A program made the position numbers and the translations under genes. A model generated the notes under the pieces. It was not told where the DNA came from and searched no databases. It saw only the letters and a program-made list of their open reading frames with translations. A stretch of DNA of 64,000 nucleotides from Geosiphon pyriformis uo1 (taxonomy: Eukaryota; Fungi; Glomeromycota), in assembly GCA_016748015.1 (NCBI GenBank), contig JAAOMT010000135.1, forward strand, positions 867,085 through 931,084, in the 5' to 3' direction. This document shows positions 52,701 through 64,000 of this stretch, one piece after another; the stretch's first letter is position 1; each line of letters opens with the position of its first letter.

Positions 52701-54050
52701 TATTTTGAAAAATAATTTTTGATTAGTTTTAATTAGAGCAATAAGTTTAATATTAGTCAAAATTTTTTTTTATTTATACAGCTTAAAAATTATTAACACT
52801 CAAACTTTTTTCCAAAATTTAAGAACTAATTTACTCTTTAAACAAATATTAAGAAGATTTAACAACAAGTTTAAAACTAAAAAATCATAATGTTTTTAAA
52901 GTTTATTTGAGATTTTAAACAAACTAATAGCTTTTTTATTTGGCAAATTTATAATAATACTTATTATATTATCAAAATTAATTTTATCTATAACATCAAA
53001 AAAAGTATTGTTAACTATATAAAATAAAAGCAAATATTATTAACATCAAATATTTAGAATAGTTTTCAATACTTTATACTTTTTTATCTATTTTTTTATA
53101 ATAAAATTTATTTTAAACTTAATTTCTTCAAATTTTAGCTCCAAATTTCTACTATTTATTAAATAATTCAAAATTACTTTATAAAAAAAATATTTTAAGA
53201 CACTTTTAATAGTATAATCTTTATTATCTTTAAAAATTTTATTTTTTATTAATAATAGCATAAATTTTTACAACTTTTGTTTATTAGGACTTAATAAATT
53301 TAAGTACATAATATATCTTTTTTATTTTAATTAACTTAAATTTAATAATATTGGCCAAAAAACAAATAACTTTTTAAATAATATCTTATATAAAATTTAA
53401 ATTAGAAAGTTTTTTTAAATATCCAAAATTTTTACCAAACAAAGTAATATTTACCAATATAATATTCTTAAACTAAGTTTATTTGGTCATATTAATCTTC
53501 TTAAAATTGTATTTTTATTAGTTTTTATTAGTTTAATTGCAAAAAATACTTAAATACTTGTTTAAAACACCACTTAAATTAATAAAAACAAAAATAACAT
53601 GATAATTAATATTAAAATTTTCTTATATTTGATATTACCTTGTTAATTATAATATTAGCCAAATTAGATAACATAAAAATATAATTAATTATCTTTTTAA
53701 TTTTCCTAAAGTTTTCTTAAATAAAAATCTTTGCAAATAGATTATTAGTCAAAAAATTGACCAAACCAAAATTCAAACACTTTTTAAAACTAGTATTATA
53801 TTTAATATTATTTTTATTAAAATTATTACTAAGAACAATGAAAATATTTTTATTAAAATTATTACTAAGAACAATGAAAGTATTTTTATTAAAATTATTA
53901 CTAAGAACAATAAAAGTATTTTTATTAAATATATTAACTATAAAAGAGTTAATAACAGATGTTTAATTTAAATGTTTTCTAAAAGATATATTTATATATA
54001 GTTTTAATACTAAAATCAATTGTTTGTTTTTAAACAATAAATAAACCAAT
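49745..54050 (-). mobile_element. Eroded LINE relic
   Basis: 3' UTR match to the other LINE copies at 49760-49880; residual coding-like texture; 36-bp tandem triplication at about 53805-53930; extent approximate. Confidence 0.5.
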
Positions 54051-54765
54051 AAAAGTCTACTAACAATTTTTGTTATTTTTAAAACATATTAAATCAAATA
54101 ATTATTTATAATAATTGTAATATCAATATTTATAAAGCTAATATTTAAATCAGAAATAAAAACTTAATATTCTTAAATTTATTTGTAATTCAAAATTTAA
54201 TACTAAAGTACAACTTTATTTCTGTAACAATTAAAATATTATTTTACAATTTTTTATGTTATTTGATAATATTATTTTGTTTAACAGAAATACTTATTTT
54301 CTTAATATTATATATAACAATTTTTCAAGTAAGATTAATTATTAAAATAATAAAAAAGAAAATACATTTAAAATCAAAGCCAAACTATCAAATTTTGTTA
54401 ACAAATTTATAACCAAACTAAATAAATTATTTAGTTAAGTTTTTAATCTGTCCATATTTAAAAATGTTGAAAAATTTAGCTTTATTGCAATTTTTTATTA
54501 ATAAATATATACAAATTTTTTATTATTATTATATTATTTACTTGATTTTGTGATAAAAAAATAACCAACAATTAATATTCAGAATTAGATTAAAAAACTA
54601 TTAATACAAATATGTTTAATTTCTTAATTAACTTACTAACTTATTTTTTAAAACTAGAAAGATTATATTTAATATTTATAAAATGTATTTTTATTTTACT
54701 TATAATTATTGGAAAAAATTTAACTTTACTTAAAAAACCAAACCAAAAAAAAATCCAGAAACTAC

Positions 54766-57700
54766 TATTATAAGTGTTTTTTCTTTGAGAATTATACTAT
54801 AATTAATTTCTAATATGGTTTTAAGTTAAATAATAATATTAAAAATTATCTAATTGTGATATGTTAATAAGTATATCAGTTTCAATAAAGACTATTCTTG
54901 ATTTATATTAGATTTTTATTTAATATATTATTACTATTTTTCTTATTTAAAGACTTAAAAATTAGTTCAATAAGTTTTTTCTAACTTTTCACAAATATTA
55001 GATAATTTTTTCTGATAAGTACTCTTTTATTTGATTTAATGTATTATGTAATATTTCTGTTAAAATTGCTGTTAATAGCTGTTACTATATTAATTTTCCA
55101 AAAAAAATTTCTGTTATATCTTTATACTTTTGATTGTGTCTTTTTTGAGACTTTTGTAAATATTTTTTTTTTATATTATGTTAATATTAAATATCTGTAT
55201 TTTTTTATTTTTAATAAATTTAAAAAAAATTGAAAAAAATCAGAATTCAACAAAATTAATATTCAAAAATAATTTTGATCAAAGATTATTTTTTTAAAAC
55301 ATAAAAAAATTATTTCAGATTTTTAAGTTATTTATCAATTTTGATTAAAGTATTATTACAAATAAATTTTATGTAATTATATGTAATTGCTATTTTTCTG
55401 ATGTGTTTTTAATTTTGTTAAGCTTAAATTTTATTTATATTTCATTATTATATTAGATATTTTATTGTTTTTTAACAATAAAAAATAGTAATAAAGAGTG
55501 TAATGATTTTTTTTATAGTTTAAATTATAAAAAAAAATTTCCAATTTCATTAATCTTAGTATTAATAAATATTATAATACAAAGATTAGAAAATATGCTT
55601 TCTAACTTTTCTTGAAATTATAATTTAATTTTTTTATCTTTTTTTCTTTTATTTCATTTAATTAATTTTTTATTATTCTGTTTTTTTTAGTTAGAAAGTT
55701 ATTGTATATATATATATTTTAAATTATATATAATTGTATTTACTCTAATTGATTAGTAAATAATTATTAAGTTATTGGGCTTTTTATTTAACTATAAGTG
55801 CTTTTTGGCTTATTTGTTTATAATCATATTAAATTAAGTACATTTGTGCATATTTTGTATACTATTATGTACACATCACATTTTCTAATTTTATTTGTTG
55901 ATTTGTACTATTTATACTATTATTTAATAATTAATTAATATATTATAATATTATTATTTTTGATTTTTGTTAATTTTTATCAAATAATAATATTCTTTTC
56001 TTAAGATTAAGCTCTATTAAAATTGATATGTATTTTTTTAATGTTAATATCTAACATAAAAATCTACATACTTGTTTAGACTATTTGTGTTTATAAGTTT
56101 TGGAATTTGTTATTAATAAGCTTTTTAATTTTATTAAAAATAAGTATGTTATTACCCAAGTAGAAAAACCAATCCAAAAACTATTGAAAAAACATGATTA
56201 AAACGTTGTTACCGGAGGTTTTTGGTCTCTTTTCTTAAATGTTGGTAATGTTGATTTGCTGTGAATTCACGTTTTCAGGAAGTAGTTGAACCTCCAATAA
56301 CTGAATTTATCTTCAAATTATCTCCTATAATTTGAACTGCTGGGCTTATAAGTGGAATGGCCAATTCCTTGCCAGTTACTTTATGTAGTTACGTTGTAGT
56401 AAACGTCAACTCTTTCCCAGGAATTGTTCGTCTAGAAGCTCACTAAAAATGTGTAGTTACTTTGCTGTGAAAGTCAACTTTTTTACAGGAATCTCGTCTG
56501 TAGACTACCCTAATAATTGTAATAAGAAAATAAAAGAAAAATAAAAGAAATGTAAAAGAAATAGAATTTTGTCAAGGGAAACGTTTTCTATACAGGCCTG
56601 GAGTCACTAACAGTTTACTGAAATTGGTAGCTAATCAATTTCGAAATGTTAATTGGGTTTTGGGGATTTTCCAAGTGCAATAATTAAAGAACTTGGTTTT
56701 TCAAATTATTTGATATTTATTTCTTTTTGTGTGTATAGGAATGGTTCTAAGTGATAAATCTAAAGTAAGATATATTTTCCAGAAGAGAAAAGCTCTTCTT
56801 TTATACAACTTGTTGTAGTACTAGTTTATGAACTTGCACTTTTTCTNNNNNNNNNNNNNNNNNNNNAATGGTTCTAAGTGATAAATCTAAAGTAAGATAT
56901 ATTTTCCAGAAGAGAAAAGCTCTTCTTTTATACAACTTGTTGTAGTACTAGTTTATGAACTTGCACTTTTTCTCTTTGCCCAAATTCCGGCAAACTAAAG
57001 ATACATTTTGATGAACTACAAGTTATTTTGCTGAACTATTGATTAATTTGGGTGAACTATTCATAATTTCGGCGAATTTCTGTAAATTTCGGCGAATTTT
57101 TAAATGTTACAAAGTTCAGGGTATTGTGTAATTTGATCTGTTATACTAATTAGATTATTTTAATTGAATCGTGATATGTGATAATTGATTAAATAATAAA
57201 TGATAATTTGAAATGATATTAATATACTAATGAATTATAGGAATTATAAGGGTAATTTCATGCTAATTAATAGCTAAAATTCTACTGGTAACAACGTGAT
57301 AACATAGAAAAAACATGATAACAAAATAATACAGAATAATACATAATAACTCAGAATAATACATAATAACTCAGAATAATATAAAATAATATATAATAAC
57401 ATGAAATAATACAGAATAACTAGCCATAATATAGAATAATTAGTTATAATATAAAAGAATAAAACAATAACAAAAATAGTAAATAATAGCTAGTAATAAT
57501 AAATAATTAAAAACAATCTTTTAAAACTAAAATATATATATAAAAACAAGTAGTTTTAGCAAATAAAAAAAGAAAAACAGAAAATAAAAACTTATTTTTT
57601 TAAAAAAACATATTTTAACTTTAAAATTTTACTAAATTTTTTTTATTTTATTTTTTCTATATTTTTATATTTACAATTAAATAAAAATATTGTTTAATCT

Positions 57701-59361
57701 ACTTGTATATAATTTCAAAATTTGTATTATTAAAATTAAATTAATTATGTTTTTTATTCTTATTACAGGCCAAATGTTTTTAGCATAAATAGCTTTAAAA
57801 CTCTAATAACTTAGACCAATTGCTTTTGATTATAGCAATTGATAATATTAATTTTTTTATTTTATTTTTTTTATTTTATTTTTTTATTTTATTTTATTTT
57901 TTGGTAAAATAGTAATATTAAGAAAATTAACTGTTTGAGAATAAACTTTATAATAGCCTAGTAAAAAAAGAAAGTTTCTTTTAGATTTGAATATTAATTT
58001 TATTTTATTAGCTTATTAAAAGAGCAAAAAAACAATGTCAAATCTTAACAATTATGCTTAACTAACTTAGCTTAAATAAGTTAAAATTAAATCTTAAAGT
58101 AAGTACCAAATATTATAAATGTTTTTTTTTTAGAAATTATACTATGATTAATTTCTAATATGGTTTTAAATCAAATAATAATACTTGAAATTATCTAATT
58201 ATAATATGCAGATAAGTATATTAGTCTTAATAAAGACTATTCTTAATTTATATTGGATTTTTATTTAATAAATTACTATTATTTTTTTTATTTAAAGATC
58301 TAAAAGTTAGCTTAATAAGTTTTTTTTAACTTTTAATAAATATTAAATAATTTTTTTTGGTAAATATTTTTTTATTTAATTTAATATACTGTGTGATATT
58401 TTTATCAAAATTGTTATTAGTAACTACTGCTATGTTAGTTTTTTAAAGTAAATTTTTATTATATTCTTATATTTTTTATTGTGTTTTTCTTTAAAGCTCT
58501 TGCAAATATATTCTTTTTATATTATATTAATATTAAATATCTGTATTTTTTTGTTTATAATAAAGCAGTATTTTATTTCTAATAAATTTAAAAAAGATTG
58601 AAAAAAAACAGAATTTAACAAAATTTGTATTTAAAAATAATTTTAATTAAAGATTATTTTTTTAAGACATGAAAAAACTATTTTGGATTTTTAAGTTAAT
58701 TGTTAATTTGGCCAAGATATTACTATAAATAGATTCTATATAATTATATATAATTGCTATTTTTTTGATGTATTTTTAATTTTGTTAAGCTTAAATCTTG
58801 TCTGTATTTTATTGTTATATTAAGTATTTTATTGTTTTTTAACAATAAAAAATAACAATAAAAAATTTGGTAATCTTTTTTGTAATCTGGATTATAAAGA
58901 AAAAAGATTTCTAATTTTACTAATTTTAATATTAGTAAATATTATAATACAAAGCTTAAAGAGTATGCTTTTTAGTTTTTTTTTAAAATTATAATCCAAT
59001 TTCTTCATCTTTTTTTCTTTTTTTTTATTTAATTAACTTCTTAGTATTCTGTTTTTTTTTAATTAGAAAGCTATTATATATATACATATTTCAAATTATA
59101 TATAATTGTATCTATTTTAATTAATTAATAAGTAATTGTTAAGCTATTAGATCTTCTGTTTAAATATAAGTGTTTCTTAGTTTACTTATTTGTGATTATA
59201 TTAAATTGGATATATTTGTGTATATTTTATATATTATTGTGTACATATTATGTTTTTTAATTTTATTCATTAATTTGTGCTATTTATACTGTTATTTAAT
59301 AATTAGTTAATATATTATAATATTATTATTTTTGATTTTTGTTGATTTTTATCAGATAATA
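54766..59361 (-). mobile_element. Ancient, internally deleted LTR element G4
   Basis: 1.2-kb direct repeats 54766-55989 and 58111-59361 with eroded termini (TATTAT..ATAATA); TSD CTAC/TTAC; PBS remnant AAGTACCAAA at 58101-58110; PPT and GAGCTC-motif remnant at 55990-56022. Confidence 0.75.
56207..57293 (-). repeat. Young LTR (family E), second copy, with assembly gap
   Basis: TGTTACCGG..CTGGTAACA, TSD ACGT; N run 56847-56866 with about 108 bp duplicated on either side. Confidence 0.9.
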
Positions 59362-60539
59362 TTACCTAAAAAAAAATCTATTAATAATAAATATTCAAAA
59401 TTTGTCTTTAAAAACTCTTAAACAAATAACAAAAACAGACTTTTTGGTATAAATATAAGTCAATTTAAACTGGTTAATAATAATAAAAAAAGTCTTTTTC
59501 TTTTTAAACATCAGTTTATTATTAACTAAACTATAGTTAAAAGAAGTATAATTATATTTGTTACAATTTGAACAGATAATCAAAAACAAATGAAACCAAT
59601 AAAGTATAATATTCTTTATAATAAAGATTATAAATATTATTTTAATTAAGCCCTAAATTATAATATACTTAATACAAGTATAATTAACAGAGTTGTAATT
59701 AATCACACTAATTTATTTACCAATTAAATTAATAATATTTTAAATATTATAAGTATTTGTTTTTACAAAAAGTATATAAAATAAAACTTTAAATTTATTT
59801 TTAATATCTTATAATTGTTTATTAATAGTAAGTTTTACTATATAAACTGTATTTTTTTTGATAAAAATAGATTATTTAAAAGCCAAAAAATTAACTTGAT
59901 TTTAATTATTTAATTTTATAATTACTTTTTATCATAGGTTTACTAATTGTATTTTAATTAACTTAATAGTATTTAAATTAATAAACACAGTTTATATAGT
60001 TTCTAAAGATGTTTTACAGAAATTTTCTTAATTATTACTGCTTAATTTATTTGATTATTTATTAAATATTTAAAATTGGTGTTTATTATAATACTTTTTA
60101 TATTTGTTAAATCTGCTATAGTTATTATTGTTTTTTTAAAAATAAAAAATGTCTGAATTATTCTGCTAAATTTTAAGAAGATAAAAATTATGTTAAAACT
60201 ATTTATACCAAAAAAAAATTTTTAATAGTCTTTAATTTCTTTTAAGCTAATTTTTCAAACACAACAAAAAAATTAATATTTAAAAAAAAAATTGCAGATT
60301 TAAATAATTACTAAAAGCTTTAAAAAAAAGAAAAAAAAAGAGATATTTAAAACACTATTTTTATTATTATTGTCAATATTAAAATTAATTTATTCAAAAA
60401 ATTTACTAAATATATACTTTGTAACAGTTTTTTTTGGTCTTTTAGAAATTATATCTATATTTTTATTTTTTTATTTTTTATTACTACTAATTTAAAAACT
60501 GGTTTTTTCTATAAAAAACTTTTTATTTATGTTTATACT

Positions 60540-62440
60540 TTTTTATTTATTTATTTATTTAATAAGTACAATCCAATTACTACCTAATTATATAAAATTA
60601 CACAGGACCTTATATTAAGTGTGGTTTATGTCTTTTCTATATATAACTAGCTATTTAGGCCAATTAAGACAACATTATATACTTAAATTACCAACTACAG
60701 AAAAAGTATGCAAAAAACCAAAATACAAACTGGCCAAACCAGGATACAAACCAAAACAAATGTGAATATCCAATTTGATGTCAAAATTATAGACCACTCC
60801 AAAAGTCCACAAAAAAGCTAAATCAGAAATAACTAAGATCATAGAACTGTCATATGGTAGTAGATTATGTTTTTTATAATACACTCTTAATCTGGCAGTT
60901 AGCAACCAAATGGCAGTTTTATAACTCTTGGCAAAATCACATATCAGACTGACAATCTGCAAACCACTACTGAAATCAGCATCCAATAAACTTGCTATAT
61001 TAGTCAACCATTCTTTTAGCACAAAACTCTTAGCCAATGCCATATACAAACTATTGGAAAATTTTGCCTTATATAAGAATTAAACAGTTGTATTGTTAGT
61101 AGTATAGACATCCAACAATTCAGTTCAAGTGCCAATGGTGTCTAAGATCAAATTTCTCCTGATGTAAACATTATAGATACACAAAAATATATGATTAGAG
61201 TTCTTAATTGAGCCATAATAAATACACAATACACTAGGATAACTTAACTTATACAACCTTTTCTTTTTGGCCATGGGGAAATAATGATGTAAAGTTTTCA
61301 TAAAATAAGATCAAAGTACAGCAAAGGCAGAACTGGTAAAGCCAGAGCAAATTCTACTATTTGGATGCCAAACACTAAAAGTTTGGTACATATTAATTAG
61401 CTTGTACAGATTTACATCCACAGCATTATTTATGTACTTAGACTCCCAACCAATAAAACTGACAGCATCAAAAAAACATCTTGTGAAGTAACAGACATTC
61501 CCAAAGACAGATCTGTCTTTAATAGCAAAAAAATAATGCTATACCCCAACAGACAACATAAAGCCAGGCCTAATGACAACATCAGCAAAAAAATCAGCAT
61601 GTTCATTGTTAACAACTCTAGAATAACTTTTAACTTTGTTTCAAACAACTAAAAAATTTCTAGAAACAATTTTTGATCAAATATATTTTTTTTCAACTTA
61701 ACACTTATTTTAAAAATCAGAACCAACAAGCTTATTTATTGAAGCACACATATCCAATAATATCTAACTATCTAAAAACAGCATTATTGAGCTGGACATA
61801 AGAATACAATTCAAAGCAAGAGTGATAACTTACAGTTCCATAAGTGTTAAAGAGAACAAGTCATACATCCTAACTTCAATATTTAAGTCCACATCCAGAA
61901 AGTAAGCAGCCATACCACCACAAACATCAACAAAATCCAAATTCTTGATTAAACTATCCATGTAAACAATTACAGAACCACTCCCCTTTTCTATAAGGCA
62001 CTTATAAATAAAGCCAAAATTGCATAAAAGACTATTGGAAACAGAATAATAAACCAAAGTATTATCATCAACCAAACTGCCACTTTCAATAAATAAGGCC
62101 AATAAAATAAACCAACCAGAAATAGAATCTTTAGAATCTAATTTTTTCTATTTGCAAAATATGGATTACATAAAACACATATCATAATAGTCCAGAAGTT
62201 GATTTACAAAAACAATGCTATATTTTTTCAAAAAGCACATTATAGCTAAGTAGTAAACCAAATCTAAAATATTAGCAATAGCAATACTATAACCAGTCTA
62301 AAATATATTAAGCATATTATTTACCAAAGACAAACCACATAACACCAGCATATTAGTTACACTAGCTAAAAAACAGTTTGTGGAATTGATCAACAGTATG
62401 ATCAGAAAACTAAGAAGTTGTTAGAACATTTAACTAATAA
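60540..62440 (-). mobile_element. 5'-truncated non-LTR retrotransposon (LINE) with RNase H domain
   Basis: VIVYMDSLIKNL..AAYF..SLTLMEL*VITLAL, an eroded VYTDGS..ELxAI RNase H; C-terminal ORF remnants; (TAAA)n tail at 60541-60560. Confidence 0.78.
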
Positions 62441-63171
62441 CTTGTAAATTTATAGTTCATTTATATTTTTTATATTAATAGTATTATTAATATTTAATTT
62501 AAGTATTTCAACAAATTCAAATATATCTTAAGAAATATTTATGTTAGTTTTAACTACAGATTTTTTTAAAATATCTTTTTGTATTTTTTTCTAACAAATA
62601 AATCTGAAACTACAAATTAGTACCAAATTTTTTTTGGTTTTTTTATATTCAAATTATTATCAGTATTAAAAACTTTGTATTTAAACAGAAAGAGTTTCGA
62701 GATATTTAACTAAATAATAAAAAATAAACAAAGACAAAAAAAACTTCTTTCAAAATTATTGTATTTTTTTAAGAATTTGAGATGTAAAAAAAAAAAAATT
62801 TTTTTAAAAGCATATTATAAAATTATTAAATTTAATAATAAAAAATAAAATAAAAAAATTATTATTAAATTTAATAATATTTAAATATTTTTTTATTATT
62901 ATTTACTTTTTTGTTATTATATTTTTTATTAGTATTTTTTTGGTTTTAATAAATTATTAACAATTAATATTAAAATAAAGCTAAATATATATATAATAAT
63001 ATTTTTATAAATATATATTTTTAAATCAACTATATTTATGTATTTAGAAAAAACATGCATTTAAAAAATAACAATAATAAAATAAATATTGTTGTATAAT
63101 AAATATGAACTATGTATTTTTTACATATAATTAGTCATTAAGCCAAATAAAACAATTTAATACTATATTAT

Positions 63172-63806
63172 CAGTGATGTTCGCTGGGAGTTACTGGAAT
63201 TGGAATGTCACTGGACCCGACTGGATGGAATGGTGTCACAGATCAGCTTCCAGTGGTGAGTTGTCACTGGACCCTTCCAATTAGGATTTTTTATTCACTG
63301 GATGGAAGGTCCAGTGACGTCCAGTGATGTCCAGTGGCTTGGCAAAATTTTTTCTCTATTAAATGTACCCATCGATGAGGTTGCCGATGAGTCTACCGAT
63401 GAACCTACTAACGAACTAAATGAATATAGGATGGATAATGAACAAGACGAATTGCAAGATATCGAACCATCAAGTATAATAACGCCCGATGATTGGGAAA
63501 ATCAATTACGTGACTGGGAACAGATGTTAATAGATGAGGAGATTGCCAGATCAGAAGATGAAAACACCCAGCAATAGATAACAGAGCAAAATGGGAACTG
63601 AGTAGTATATTTGGTTTATTGTTTCAAAAACCAAATTTTATAAATAATAACGATTAGTTTTCACTATTAATGTATACATTTTTATTTACTATGCCTACAT
63701 TTTGATTGGTTAACATTATATTGGTTCCAGTGGAATAATCGTTCCAGTGAGAGTTTCCACTGGAATTACTGGAACTCTGGAAAAATCTGGAATTCTAGAA
63801 GTCCTG
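63172..63806 (+). mobile_element. Short non-autonomous DNA transposon (hAT-like internal deletion derivative)
   Basis: CAG..CTG ends with a weak TIR; many subterminal ACTGG/CCAGT motifs; acidic remnant WENQLRDWEQMLIDEE; TACTATATTAT on both flanks. Confidence 0.65.
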
Positions 63807-64000
63807 TACTATATTATTATTTAGTAAATAATTGAAAATTTAATTAGTTATTATTATACAATTAATATGTACATATATTTATAAAAAACATTTTTAAACT
63901 TCAAATTAAACTATAGCACACATAAAAAAAAAATCCAGATCGTCTTAGCACTGGTAATTATTTAGTTGTTTTGTTGTATTTTTTCCATTCTTTAACGAAC

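Noticed and set aside
56867-56975. Apparent tandem duplication inside LTR E
   Set aside because: It flanks an N gap, so it is most likely unmerged contig overlap.
49934-59589. Short I/K/L/F/N-rich ORFs in the ORF track
   Set aside because: Compositional artefacts of eroded AT-rich repeats.

Overview
A very AT-rich eukaryotic window, made up almost entirely of nested, decayed transposons. The gag, LINE and transposase proteins resemble those I recall from Glomeromycotina fungi such as Geosiphon; this is an inference, not a database result. Retroelements: five Ty3/Gypsy elements or relics with TGTTAC...GTAACA LTRs and 4-bp TSDs, four isolated LTRs, and three LINE relics. DNA transposons: three copies of an unusually long (4.27 kb) pogo/Tigger element that carries a captured fragment of a different transposase, a Sola1-like relic, and a short hAT-like deletion derivative. 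One CpG-rich single-copy island (about 45.4-49.2 kb) holds an intact 5-exon TMEM33/Pom33-family gene. It also holds the C-terminal half of a Fanzor (eukaryotic TnpB-like) nuclease, which the ORF track shows only in part. The Fanzor fragment has a 66-nt intron and is followed by a strand-asymmetric structured segment that is a candidate omegaRNA. Other notable signals: a U_UUA_AAC slippery site with an H-type pseudoknot at a gag-pol junction; dUTPase and Cys-rich modules inside Gypsy pol; unexplained ORF3s; a shared PBS that looks like elongator tRNA-Met; and repeat-restricted C>T/G>A erosion. All family assignments come from reading motifs by eye; no searches were run.
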